The notes below the pieces were generated by a model, which saw only the letters and a program-made list of their open reading frames with translations, had not been told where the DNA came from and made no database searches. Made by a program: the position numbers and the translations under genes. This document shows, piece after piece, positions 29,266 to 41,900 of a stretch of DNA of 54,120 nt. The first letter of the stretch is position 1. Each line of letters begins with the position of its first letter. Origin of the DNA: an uncultured virus (IMG/VR IMGVR_UViG_3300042559_001567) (taxonomy: Duplodnaviria > Heunggongvirae > Uroviricota > Caudoviricetes); the IMG/VR virus record IMGVR_UViG_3300042559_001567, positions 62,001 through 116,120 of that record. One strand, given 5' to 3'.

Positions 29266-32200
29266 ATGAAAAGAATAAGGCATTCTATTAAGAGAAAAAA
29301 CATACCACAAACAAAACTGGTTTCATTAACCGGTCGTTTTTGGTATGACTCTAACGAAGAACTTATGTCTTGGACCGGAAATACAGGTAATGCTTATGTA
29401 GGACCATCAACTGGAGACACAATTTATAATGTAAGCGGAGGAACAGTTGCATCTGGTTACTATAGATGGGGAACACCAACACCAAACACTTGGAATGCAA
29501 TCACAGGTACGGAGTCATATATTAAAACACAAATTTATGACAACTACCAAATACCATTATTCTTAGATTCTAAAGTTGATGAATATGGTTCAATGGTTGG
29601 ATTTGATAAAAACATCGGAAATGAAAGTCAGTCCGTATCCATTAATTTCAACTATTCAGTTGATTGTAATGTTGTTTCCATAACAGGAACTACAAACGCA
29701 AATTCTACGAGATTATTCGACGAATTGCAATTTACAATACATTGGGGGGATAATAGTACAACACCGATTAGTGTTAATGGCACCGCAGTAAAGGCATATT
29801 CAACAAACGGCAATAAAGATATTAAAATAAGTCTTAATGAACCTTGGTTTACTCAAGAAGTAATCAAAGCTGTTACGGTGGAATGTGCTCAAAATTTAAC
29901 ACCTACACCAACAATGTCGATGACACCAACCGTAACACCAACAGTTTCAATATCCCCATCGCCAACCCCAACAGCATCAGTTACACCAACTATAACACCA
30001 AGCGTAACACAAACCAAAACACCAACTGCTACACCTACAGTTACACCTACCAATACAGTTACACCAACTGCTACACCTACAGTTACACCAACAACCACTG
30101 TTACACCAAGTGTAACGCCAACATTATCACCGTCACCAACACCGGAAAGTTCAAATATTACTCTTAAAATATATGACGAAGTAGATAGTCCTGATGATAA
30201 TAGTACATTCACATTAAGATTAATAACCGGAAATGGAGATATATTTAAAATTTGGGATCCGAACTCATCATCATTACCTTCAACAACAACACCACATCTT
30301 CAATTTGAGGCAAATTACGATTTACTACCATATGTTAATGGTGGAGATGGAGGAATATTTTTAGCACAGTGGGTTACAACTGGTGAATTTTATTGGAGAC
30401 ACAGAATTAAAATAACTGATGTTGTAACAAACACAGTTATTTATGATCAATCTGTTGTTGTTGATAATAGTAATTCGTTAGAAATTACACAAAGTATATT
30501 TTCGGGAGACAATTATTTAGTAGAGGCATTTATTGAATACGTGCCAACACCAACACCAACATCAACAGTAACGCCAACGGTTACACCTACAAATACTGTT
30601 ACACCAACGCCAACAGAAACTCCTACGCAAACACCTACCAATACTGTTACACCAACAGAAACTCCTACGCAAACGCCAACAGAGACTCCTACGCAAACAC
30701 CAACTCAGACACCTACGAATACTGTTACACCAACAGAAACTCCTACGCAAACGCCAACAGAGACTCCTACCAATACACCAACAAATACTGTTACACCAAC
30801 GGTGACAGAGACACCTACCCAAACGCCTACAAATACCGTAACACAAACACCAACAGAAACCCCAACGCAAACACCTACGGAGACACCAACTCAGACACCT
30901 ACGAATACTGTTACACCAACAGAAACTCCTACGCAAACGCCAACGAATACACCAACAGAAACTCCTACGCAAACGCCAACAGAGACTCCTACGCAAACGC
31001 CTACAAATACTGTTACACCAACGCAAACACCTACGGAGACTCCAACTCAGACACCTACGAATACTGTAACACCTACAAATACTGTTACACCTACGAATAC
31101 TGTAACACCTACAAATACTGTTACACCAACGGTGACTGAAACGCCAACGGAGACACCTACACAAACGCCAACGGTTACACCTACACCAACTAACCCATTA
31201 GATAGTAGTGGTTATTGTATTAAAGATTCGTTAAATGCATCTTGTTTTGAATGTTATTCTAGCAACATATTAATTTATGATGCGGACCAACCAATGGAAG
31301 CTGGAGAGTTTTTATATAAAGGACCTGATGGTTCTGAAAAATGGACAATTGAAGATATTCAAATTACATTATCATCAAGCGCAACCGTATTTTATTTATC
31401 GGGAGGAGGATTATCAAATATCTTAGAAATTAGTGAATTTGGAGTATCGGGAAATGCATATATTTCATCAGTCACTACTTGCCCAACCCCAACACAAACT
31501 GTTACACCAACGCAAACAGCAACACCCACCAATACGGCAACACCTACACCGACTGTTACACTAACAGCGACTATAACACCGACACCTACAATTACACCGT
31601 CATCTACACCAAACTGTGGATTTGATTGTGATATTACAGAAATTTTGGTACCATCAATAACATATTATGATGTACAAAGATGTGATGACCAATATACTCC
31701 TGAAGACGAATCAGTTTATACAGGTGTAATAAGATATAATGGACCTAATAATTTTGGACCTGCTTATGGTCAAATTGTAAGAAGTAGTAATGGAAATTGT
31801 TACACAATTATTGGAATAACGTCAATGTCACCAGAAAGTTCTGGAGTTATTGTTGGAGAATACTCAACATGTTCAGATTGTACGGTACCACCACCATCAA
31901 ATACACCAACCCAAACTATTACACCGTCCCCAACACCTACGGTTACACCAACTAATACAAATACACCGACTGTAACCAGTACGGTTACACCAACAGCTGG
32001 ATTGGAATTAACACTAACACCAACGCCAACACCAACAACAACACAAATATTTAGTGGATGTGTTGAACCAACAACAATTGAAGTAACTACTATGTGTTGT
32101 GATTATGATCCACAATTAAAAGAATTATATTTTGGATATTACGATGGATGGTCAGATATGATACGATTCTATAACGGACCAACTAATTTCACGTTATATG

Positions 32201-32874
32201 CGTTCAATGGTTCTACTTTATCTACTCATCTCAATTATGATAATGATGTAAGTTTTGCAACACCTATTGTGGCATCATCGGGGCAATATGGTATTAGTTA
32301 TACGGGAGCTTGTCATGGAGGAAGTAATAATATTATTTGGATGGGTAATCAATCAATAGGTACTGAAGCAACATCACCATTCTTATATGCACCAACAGGA
32401 CAAGAAATTTGTAACCATACTAATGAACTTATATTCTTAAAATATAATATCGGACAAACATCTATTCCTAGTGGAGCACCTTTAGTTGTAGGTTCACAAT
32501 TATATCAACAAGGACCAAGAGGTGGTTACATAAATGTTTACAGAGCAGGTAGTTATTTATTACCTAACGGAAACAAATACAACGTCAATTCAATAGGTAT
32601 TGTCGAATCTATAGAAGTTGGAGCTTGTGATTCTGCTTTCTTAAAATCAAGCATTGATAACAGATTTAGAAGTATCAAAAACCCTACAGATATTAGGTCA
32701 GATAGACAATATTTGAAAGGAGTACAATTAAGGTCGGTACAAACGTTAACCGTGGGTAATTGTTATAAATTTATGGGATTAGATGGTAAATGGGTTAGCG
32801 GTGAACTAATAACTAAAACATCAACAGGTTTCTTAACATATGATTTAGTAATAAATAAAATAACGTGTGGATAA
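29266..32874 (+). CDS. Mucin-like Pro/Thr-repeat protein with PKD-like domain and Cys-rich modules (tail-associated adhesin-like)
   Basis: 'FTIHWGDNSTT...KAYSTNGNKDIKI' is PKD-like. Four PT tracts separate globular modules. Confidence 0.6.
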   Translation: MKRIRHSIKRKNIPQTKLVSLTGRFWYDSNEELMSWTGNTGNAYVGPSTGDTIYNVSGGTVASGYYRWGTPTPNTWNAITGTESYIKTQIYDNYQIPLFLDSKVDEYGSMVGFDKNIGNESQSVSINFNYSVDCNVVSITGTTNANSTRLFDELQFTIHWGDNSTTPISVNGTAVKAYSTNGNKDIKISLNEPWFTQEVIKAVTVECAQNLTPTPTMSMTPTVTPTVSISPSPTPTASVTPTITPSVTQTKTPTATPTVTPTNTVTPTATPTVTPTTTVTPSVTPTLSPSPTPESSNITLKIYDEVDSPDDNSTFTLRLITGNGDIFKIWDPNSSSLPSTTTPHLQFEANYDLLPYVNGGDGGIFLAQWVTTGEFYWRHRIKITDVVTNTVIYDQSVVVDNSNSLEITQSIFSGDNYLVEAFIEYVPTPTPTSTVTPTVTPTNTVTPTPTETPTQTPTNTVTPTETPTQTPTETPTQTPTQTPTNTVTPTETPTQTPTETPTNTPTNTVTPTVTETPTQTPTNTVTQTPTETPTQTPTETPTQTPTNTVTPTETPTQTPTNTPTETPTQTPTETPTQTPTNTVTPTQTPTETPTQTPTNTVTPTNTVTPTNTVTPTNTVTPTVTETPTETPTQTPTVTPTPTNPLDSSGYCIKDSLNASCFECYSSNILIYDADQPMEAGEFLYKGPDGSEKWTIEDIQITLSSSATVFYLSGGGLSNILEISEFGVSGNAYISSVTTCPTPTQTVTPTQTATPTNTATPTPTVTLTATITPTPTITPSSTPNCGFDCDITEILVPSITYYDVQRCDDQYTPEDESVYTGVIRYNGPNNFGPAYGQIVRSSNGNCYTIIGITSMSPESSGVIVGEYSTCSDCTVPPPSNTPTQTITPSPTPTVTPTNTNTPTVTSTVTPTAGLELTLTPTPTPTTTQIFSGCVEPTTIEVTTMCCDYDPQLKELYFGYYDGWSDMIRFYNGPTNFTLYAFNGSTLSTHLNYDNDVSFATPIVASSGQYGISYTGACHGGSNNIIWMGNQSIGTEATSPFLYAPTGQEICNHTNELIFLKYNIGQTSIPSGAPLVVGSQLYQQGPRGGYINVYRAGSYLLPNGNKYNVNSIGIVESIEVGACDSAFLKSSIDNRFRSIKNPTDIRSDRQYLKGVQLRSVQTLTVGNCYKFMGLDGKWVSGELITKTSTGFLTYDLVINKITCG
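30541..31191 (+). repeat. About 650-bp low-complexity tandem repeat encoding TPT(E/Q/N)/TVTP units
   Basis: Repeated actcctacgcaaacgccaacagag and aatactgttacaccaac units. Confidence 0.95.
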
Positions 32875-32905
32875 TGTTAAAAAAAATATTTAATATAAAC
32901 AAATA

Positions 32906-35623
32906 ATGGTAAGGTATATATATGTTAAACTTCAGGGGAACTCCGCAAATGGACCTTACAACATCTACTATGATGATTTGTCTACATTGGCGACTCTGTA
33001 CTATGAAAATAGTCCTGCAACAGGTTTAACATTAAGTCAATTAACTTTTTATGATGGAGTTTTAGTTTCTGTACCATTAGAAACAACTAAAATTATTGTT
33101 AAAAATATAGATTTTATTTGTGAAAATACGTTAGATATTACTTTAGCGCCATTAACTCCAACACCTACCCCAACGGTGACAGTTACACCAAGTATTACAC
33201 CTACCAATACGGTTACACCAACTATTACTTTAACACCAACAAATACCGTAACACCGACAGTTACACCAACTATTACATTAACACCTACGAATACAGTTAC
33301 ACCAACGGTTACACCTACTATAACACCAACCAAAACTACTACACCAACACCAACTAGAACTCTTACACCAACGCCAACACCATGTATTTGTCCTGAAGGT
33401 TATACTATGAAACCAGACCATTCTGGATGTTATAAAGTGGTTACAACTAACCCAACTTTAAACACATATGACACACCTGCGGCTGGTGATGATAACGTAA
33501 ACTACGGTCAATGGGGAGTTAGAATTTATAATTTAAATGATTTTAATGGTACGGGTAACTCAATAAGTGGAACGTATGGTTTTGAAGGTAATACTGCCCT
33601 TTACGACGGTTCATCAACAACTACAGTAGAAACTTTTTGGTCTACAAGAATGAATGATAATAATGTTTGGGTTAGTGGTAATCCAACATATATGGGGATG
33701 GTTAGTTTTTGTACCACAATTACATTAACAGAAACAAAAACTTATTATATCGGTATTGCTGGTGATAATGATGTTACAATAAAAATTAATGGGACAACAA
33801 TAGTTGACCAAGCGGATAATTCACCACAATCTAACTTTAAGTTTTGGCACGTATACCCTTACCAATTAAATGCTGGAGATAATATTATTGAATTAGAAAA
33901 CTGGAATAGAAGTAGTGTAGGTTCATTTTCTGCGGAAATTTACAACAATACATTATCAGAATTATCAAATGCCACAAGTACTTCCATGATAACAAGAGTA
34001 TTCTCAACAGGAGATTACTTACCTGGAGGTTCTAAGGCAGGTCAAGGATTCTGTTCTAATTACTCTTGCCCTACTGGTTACCTATTAGATACGTCCAATC
34101 CGAGTAACTATCGTTGTGTTAAGACTGAATATCTTGATTGTGGAACAATTATACCAACACCAACACCAACACCAACTATAACACCAACACCAACTATAAC
34201 ACCAACACCAACTATAACACCAACACCAACCAAAACTCTTACACCTACACCAACAAGTACACCAAGAGATTGTGCTGGATGTACTTCATATGATATCGTT
34301 ATCACACAAGGAGATATTAATTTAAGTACTGACGGTAAAGTATATGTTTATTATTATCCATGCGGAACAACTACCGGAGATATGGATTACCTAACGTTCT
34401 CAAATCCAGGTACATATGTAGATTATATTTGTACGGACAACTGTTCAACAGAAGCATATGTTTGTATACAAAATGGTGAAGAATGTGCATCACCACAAAA
34501 TAATTCAAGATTAGTAGAAAGAGATGGAGATTGTGCAACTTTAAGTAATATATTTAAAAGTGTTTCATGTAGTAATACGGAATATCAATTTACTATATCA
34601 TCACCAGGTTATACATACATAAACACTAAATTTGACATTGGTCAAACTTATGGTAACGTACCTGTAACTGTATCATATACCTCATTGAATTCATCGGATG
34701 AAGTATTTGTGGGTAATTATGATGAAAAAATAGGTGAAGCATACTCATCAACACTCGGACAAGTTGTTTACCAAGAAGATGTTGTTGGTTTTTATAGTAC
34801 AAAAGAAAAAACAACAATGGATGTGGTTGTGTATTCAACAGCATATGAAAACATCTTTATACCTTATACATTAACAATAAAAATTGAATGTCCAAGTACA
34901 TTAGATTGTGGTAGTAATTTAGTTACTAAAACATACATTACCGGAACTCAAATAAATGTAACAGATCCTGGTTATATAAAATACGATACTAATACTGATA
35001 CCGTTTATAAGTTTATATCATCAACGGGAATGCACAGAATAGATGATTGTTACGTTTATGAATCATTGACCGGCGGTACACCATATGTCGATTTGGCGTC
35101 ATTCACTGAGTTATATAGTGGTTATTCATGTAATGCCGGAACTGACGATTGTTTAGAAATAACATTTGTTTCTAATAGTGAGATAGAAACCACAATTGGG
35201 TGGGTTAGTTGTGTTGGAGCTTGGAGAACTAGAATATTAACCGCTGGTGAAATATTCACAACTTGTGGAATAAAAGATAGCGGATATGGACAAGGAGTTT
35301 CAATTTCACAAGGTGATTCATGTTCAGGAACGGTAACACCTGCCGATATATATTACAATGATACCTCAGCTGAATATTATATGGTTGGATATTTTAGTAA
35401 TGTTAAAGATAATAATAATATGTGTGGAGGGTATCCAATTAGTTTCTATTACGTACCAGGACCTACTTTATTTTCACCACCAAGTTATGTTTTCCAAGAT
35501 GCTGCCGGTACATTACCATTCAATTTAAATTATTTTGTACATGGTTTATTTGGAGGTAAATCTGGATATGATTATAATAAAACAACTGGTGAAGTTGGAT
35601 TACAAAATTATACATGTTTATAA
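32906..35623 (+). CDS. Pro/Thr-linker protein with PA14-like carbohydrate-binding domain and Cys-rich modules
   Basis: 'YYIGIAGDNDVTIKINGTTIVD...LNAGDNIIELENWN' resembles PA14/GLEYA. It is flanked by CPxGY motifs and PT tracts. Confidence 0.6.
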   Translation: MVRYIYVKLQGNSANGPYNIYYDDLSTLATLYYENSPATGLTLSQLTFYDGVLVSVPLETTKIIVKNIDFICENTLDITLAPLTPTPTPTVTVTPSITPTNTVTPTITLTPTNTVTPTVTPTITLTPTNTVTPTVTPTITPTKTTTPTPTRTLTPTPTPCICPEGYTMKPDHSGCYKVVTTNPTLNTYDTPAAGDDNVNYGQWGVRIYNLNDFNGTGNSISGTYGFEGNTALYDGSSTTTVETFWSTRMNDNNVWVSGNPTYMGMVSFCTTITLTETKTYYIGIAGDNDVTIKINGTTIVDQADNSPQSNFKFWHVYPYQLNAGDNIIELENWNRSSVGSFSAEIYNNTLSELSNATSTSMITRVFSTGDYLPGGSKAGQGFCSNYSCPTGYLLDTSNPSNYRCVKTEYLDCGTIIPTPTPTPTITPTPTITPTPTITPTPTKTLTPTPTSTPRDCAGCTSYDIVITQGDINLSTDGKVYVYYYPCGTTTGDMDYLTFSNPGTYVDYICTDNCSTEAYVCIQNGEECASPQNNSRLVERDGDCATLSNIFKSVSCSNTEYQFTISSPGYTYINTKFDIGQTYGNVPVTVSYTSLNSSDEVFVGNYDEKIGEAYSSTLGQVVYQEDVVGFYSTKEKTTMDVVVYSTAYENIFIPYTLTIKIECPSTLDCGSNLVTKTYITGTQINVTDPGYIKYDTNTDTVYKFISSTGMHRIDDCYVYESLTGGTPYVDLASFTELYSGYSCNAGTDDCLEITFVSNSEIETTIGWVSCVGAWRTRILTAGEIFTTCGIKDSGYGQGVSISQGDSCSGTVTPADIYYNDTSAEYYMVGYFSNVKDNNNMCGGYPISFYYVPGPTLFSPPSYVFQDAAGTLPFNLNYFVHGLFGGKSGYDYNKTTGEVGLQNYTCL

Positions 35624-35636
35624 AATTAACTGAAAA

Positions 35637-35927
35637 ATGGCAATAACAACATTAAAAGTTCCTGAAATATCGAACAATTTTAATAAGGTAGATAAAATAA
35701 TTTGGTTTAATGTGTCTGATATTGAAGGTACATATAGTATTAATCTTTTCATAACACCTAGCCAATCTTTAGATACTACTGTTAGCGTTTTCAATTATTC
35801 AACAAAAGAAGAACGTTTTAATAAAACATACCTAAAGTCGTCAAATAGTGGTATTATTAATGAGACAATAAAAATAAAACATACTCCCGGATTAAATTCA
35901 CCAATTTACGGACTAAAAACAAGTTAA
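35637..35927 (+). CDS. Hypothetical protein (96 aa)
   Basis: Fills the gap between two large genes on the coding strand. Confidence 0.65.
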   Translation: MAITTLKVPEISNNFNKVDKIIWFNVSDIEGTYSINLFITPSQSLDTTVSVFNYSTKEERFNKTYLKSSNSGIINETIKIKHTPGLNSPIYGLKTS

Positions 35928-35942
35928 AAGTAATTATAGTAG

Positions 35943-38900
35943 ATGAGTTCATTTGAAATAAATTGTACAGTAGCGGGGGAGGCACCAGATAATCTATCAC
36001 ACGAATGTGGTGTCACCAAAAGTTTAACATGGTCCGGAAACGGTACACATAGTGGACTTTCATTTTATTTATTAAGATCACAATTATCTGACTTAAAACT
36101 AACATATGTTTTTAAAATACCAAAAGTATTAAAACTTTTAAAATTTATATTCACACCAATATCTCCAAATATTGGGTCAACAAAAGTTAAAGTAAGAGTA
36201 AAATACAAAGTAGACGGAGTTCTAAGAATATTAGATGAATATGATTTAGGTAATATATCTACACAAACAATAAAATATCACCAATTTTTGATGGATGCAA
36301 ATATCGAAGATAATGGTTTTATTATGTTAGATGTTATTACGTCCGATGGAACAAGTGGAGCGATCAACGTAGAATTAGATTGTAACCCATCATTAATTTT
36401 TGCTGAATTTTGTAGAGGGTTTACATCGTCAACCCAACATTGTTCAACTTGCCCACAAATAGTTACATATTATAGAGAAAAATTACCTAATTCACCAATT
36501 GTTGGTTTAGTGAATAAAAACATTACCGATTATACACCATTTACAGTTGGACCATGGTACGTTGATCCATATTTACAAACTGAAATTAGCAGTAATGAAA
36601 CTTTAACATTAAGTATTGGAGATTTAAATAATAGAACAAAATATAGTTATAATTCAACAACACACAAATTTGAATATTTAGGTAACTGTTTTGGTGACGG
36701 TTATGGTTGCGGTACAGGGGAATTAACAATACCGTTTAATTTAAGTGATTATACTGAAAGTACCCCTTTTATACCCGGAACGGAAGGTATTAAACCAAAT
36801 GGATTAAAATACGCAATTAAGAATGTATTAGCGGGTACTGCAACTCAAAATAGAATAGTACCTGTAACAGTTACCGCCACAGATAGTGCTGAAGATGTAT
36901 CATTATTAATAACTGATGGATTATATGGTGGTCAAATTGGTGAAGTTTCATATTCATATAATTCTGGAAATTCTGGCGCATATAATGTTGTAACACCTTA
37001 TAGTTTAATAAAAGTAAGATATAAACTTGGTGAAGGTGCTTTTATAAAAATTGGACCAAGAAATTTTAACACCTCTAAAACATTTTATGTTGTTACAAAA
37101 AGTGGAATGGTTAATCTTAGATTGGCTGTGGGTCAAAATAAATCATTCAATGGAGGCACAACTAATGTGAAAGTTACAATTGGTTGCGGTAATGAGATAT
37201 ATGGTTATGATATGGGTGTAAATCCCTACTCACCATATGACGCGTATCATAATCCAACATTTGTTACTAAAATTTGGTCTAAGATACCAATATCACAATG
37301 GTCAGGTTCAACGAATAATTATTCTGTAAAAGGTAATTACATTTGGATGGATGACTTATTGGCAACACCAGCTTTACCATATTTTTATGGAGATAGTGTA
37401 AGGACTTCACCAACGAATAAAGTCTATCAAGTAGGTAATTTATTAAAAAGAGATTTTGGGGTACAAGTAAATTACGTTGTTACAAAATGGTTATTCGGAC
37501 CAAGACATACTAATGAAGTTATAGATGGACCTGAAAATAAGGCAATGACCAACTTTAGAGAATTTTTTACAAATCCACCTGCGGATTACACATTCGACAT
37601 AAGAAGAAGATATGTACCTGCAGACGTACAACCCACAATGGTTGGTGTTGGAACTCTAAATAAAATAATAAATGGTGCGGATTTATTACAACCATCTGTT
37701 TATTCATATTTGTTAGGTTGGAGCGGATTAACATCAAATGAGTATGATGTTAATAATAACACATTTACAACTTATGATTTTGGAAATGAAAGACACATAC
37801 CTGCCACAGGATTTGAACATTGTGTGAATTACATGACTAGAGGGTATGTTGGTGGAAGTAACATACCAGATTTGAAAAAATACATGCCAGACAATAAGTT
37901 CAAATTGTGGGCTGGTGGAGGAGGTCTTGCGGCTAATTACTTTGAAACTCATACTTTAGGTCTTTTTACAGATGCCACAAATACGGCTCTAATTTCAAAT
38001 GGATTAAGTGGAGTGTGGAATAAAATTGCAGTAACGTTAATTAGATTTATTTGGCCTCTTTTAGTTTTTGCCGCACTTGTTTATTTAATAATTCCACAAC
38101 AAAAATTATTTGTACAAAAACCAAAATATTTTAGAAAACGATATTCAAATAGACCTTTCTTAAATGATGATGATTCTGTTATTAAATTATATGATGATTT
38201 AACTGGAATTATAAGTGGGTACTATTCAGATGGTGGATATATCTATTTTGTACCGAATGAATCAACAACAGGGTTATCAACAATTAGAAAATTGTCATAC
38301 AAATATGTTGACGGAATTAAAACATATAATGAAGTTGATATTCTAAATGATGTAACAAAAAGAGAATATATTACCGACGTACATAGATTATTCTTTCTAT
38401 CTTATGTTTTTGGTTTCCCTGAAAAATACTCAACCAATCCAACACTATATAGTAGTAGTGCAATTTCGTTAATTGGCGACGGACAAGACTCAACAACAAT
38501 TGGTGAATTAAATAATCCTGTACCATTATCATATTCACTCCCTGAGGGATATATCGTATCAATGGTATCACAGCAAGATGCTGATAATCAAGCACAGGCT
38601 TATCTTGATAGTTTAACAACTTCATTAAGTACAAATACAATATCTGCAGAGAAAAAACCAGGCGTAATTAATATTGAAACATATTTTACACATGAATTAA
38701 AATTGGAAACGTCACCAAATTATTTTTCACTTTGGTATGATAATTCAGATTCTTTAGGTATAACAATAAATAAAAAATTATATTATGATGTTGATGGTAA
38801 ACTATCAGCATTAAATGGATATTATAGAGATTATAAAAAGAATAATTTAGTATTTTATAAAGTTCAATATGGTATTGTTACTGATATTTTTTCAGGAACA

Positions 38901-41900
38901 AATTCTTTAACATCACAATTAAATGGTGGAACTTATAATTTGAATGGTGATGATTTTGATTATACAAGTGCTTGGTTTATAGACTCATATAACCCAAGTG
39001 ATTTATCATTATCATTTGGAAATGATTTTGACGGTCTTATAACAAACTGGAACACAAATTTATTTTATACTGGTGATACGATTAATAAAGGTATAATAAA
39101 AAATAGAACAAATCCTGACGGTTTTTATATTTATGATAACAACTTAACTGCAACAACATATAGTGAGGCAAATGAATCCTCATACAGAGAAGTTTATCCT
39201 TTTGATAGTAATGTATTTACATATTATAAACCACAAACACTTTTTATTAATGTAGAAGAAGTTTCTGATTTAGATAATGATGATAATGGTTTAAATTTTA
39301 ACGTTTTTGATTCTAATGGAAATGTATCACCAACATATGTTGGGATTACATTTACTGTAAACATTTACACGGGAAGTACCGTTTTATTTACAACAAAAAA
39401 CGTTACAATTGAACCAAATGAAACAACTAAATTCGTCCAATTAAATATTCCATATACAGGAGGAACAATTACAAGTGTTAATATTACAAGTTGGGATTCA
39501 CCAAACCCATATAATAAAACAACATTTGAACAAGGATCATTTGCACAAAGCGCGGGTGTTACCCCATGTGAATATTATAGTGGAACAACATACATTGTTG
39601 ATTCATATGGTTTTGTACAATATGATGAATATAACATAAGTACGGGAATTGTTGATACAATTTATTCAAACGTTACCGAAGGTATATACATAATAAATGA
39701 ACCAATTGCATATAAATCTTTAAAAGGTTCACAGGACGAAGTTAATTATTATCCTGTTGCAAATATTAGAATTTTAGAAACTGGAGATTGTTACTTATTA
39801 CCAACACCTACACCAACCCCAACTGTAACATCAACCGTTACTCCAACACCAACCAATACGGTTACACCTACAGTTACTCCAACAAATACAGTCACACCAA
39901 CATTAACACCTACTCAAACGCCAACACCAACAACAGTTTGTGAATTTGGATTATCTGTAATTGTGTTAACACCAACACCAACACCAACAACCACCGTTAC
40001 ACCAACAAATACTGTTACACCTAGCGTTACACCTACTAATACTGTTACTCCATCATTAACACCTACTCAAACACCAACACCAACAACTATTTGTGAATTT
40101 GGTTTATCAGTGGTTGTATTAACCCCAACTCCAACTCCAACACCTACCAATACGGTTACACCAACTATAACTCCATCTGTAACACCAACAAATACAGTTA
40201 CACCAACAGTTACTCAAACTCAAACGCCGACACCAACAACCGTCTGCGAATTTGGTTTATCGGTTCAAGTACTAACACCAACCCCAACTCCAACACCTTC
40301 CGCAACACCAAACTACCCACCAACGGATATTTCATTAAGTAATAGTTCAATAAATGAAAATACTGCAACAGGTACAACCATAGGTACATTTAGTTCAACA
40401 AGTCTTGATCCGGGTGATACATACACTTATACATTAGTTGCGGGCACAGGAGATGATAACAATGGTAGTTTTACAATAACAGGTTCATCGTTAAAAAATG
40501 GATTTATACCAAACTACGAATCAAAAACTTCATACTTAATTAGAGTTAGAAGTACGGATAGCATTGGACAATATACTGAAAAACAATTTACAATTACTAT
40601 AAATAATGTTAATGAAACACCATATGCATTATTATTAAGTAATACATCACAAGCTGAAAATACGGCATCAAATACAACAATAGGCACATTCTCAACATCG
40701 GATGTGGATAGTGGAGATACATTTACATATAGTTTAGTTGCAGGTACTGGCGACACAGATAATGCATCATTTAATATTAGTGGTGCGAATTTAAGAAATA
40801 CATCTGTGTTTAACTATGAGGCTAAATCACCATCAACATATTCAATTAGAGTTAGAACAACAGATGCAGGTGGATTATATCACGAAGCAACATTTACAAT
40901 CACAGTTACAAACGTAAACGAGGCACCAACCGATATCTCAATAAGTTCAGCGTCAATATCCGAAAATGTACCAACAGGTACAACAATCGGTACATTCTCA
41001 GCTACAGACCCTGAAGGTGGTGTAATGACATTTGCATTACACGATACTGTAAATTATCCTGATAATAGTAGTTTCACAATTACATCGGGAGTATTAAAAA
41101 GTGCTGCAGTGTTTAACTACGAAGCACAGGCGATATATTATATTAGAGTACGAGTAACTGATAGTACAAGTTTAACATTTGATAAAACAATAACAATATC
41201 AATTACCGACGTAACAATTACACCATCATTGTCAGTCACTAACGCAACATGTTATGGTAGTACGGGTTCAATTGTTGTAAGTAGCGTTGCTGGAGGTACC
41301 GCAAATTATACATATTCTAAAGACGGAACAAATTACCAAGCTAGTGCAACATTTTCCAATTTAACCGCTGGTAGTTATGATATATATGCAAAAGATACAT
41401 ATGGTGAAGTTGGTAGCACAAATGCAACCGTAACACAACCATCACAACTTAGTGTAACAACATCTTCAACAACTATACCAACATGTTGGACAGGTACAAC
41501 AGGACAAATAATATTGTCTGGGTCTGGTAGTTCAGGTTTATACGATTATTCAATTTCATTAAATGTCGATACGGCTAATGCTAGTAGAACATGGCAAACA
41601 AGTGCAACATTTAATAGTTTATCTAGTGGATATTATTATGCTAAAATAAGAGATAGAAACACACCAAGTTGTATTTCATCTGTTTTTGGAATTGATTTAG
41701 CTAGAAGTCAACCATCAGCATCGACTAGTGTTACTAATGTTGATTGTTATGGTAATTCATCAGGAACTATTGTTATTTCTTCCATGGGTGGAGGACAAGG
41801 AGGACCATATTCGATTAAACTTAGTGATGTTAATACACAATCAGGAGGATCTTATCAAGAGACCACAACAAGTAGGTCATACGGTAGTAAACCAGCAGGA

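Noticed and set aside
30562..31164. 200-aa Cys/Arg/Trp-rich minus-strand ORF, and Val/Gly-rich antisense ORFs at 29889, 33049, 34108 and 47988
   Set aside because: These are antisense shadows of the PT repeats, where stop codons are absent because of low complexity.
39801..40311. Regularly spaced repeats resembling a CRISPR array or DGR template/variable pair
   Set aside because: They are in-frame coding repeats with synonymous variation. There are no unique spacers, no cas or reverse transcriptase gene, and no adenine-specific mismatch pattern.
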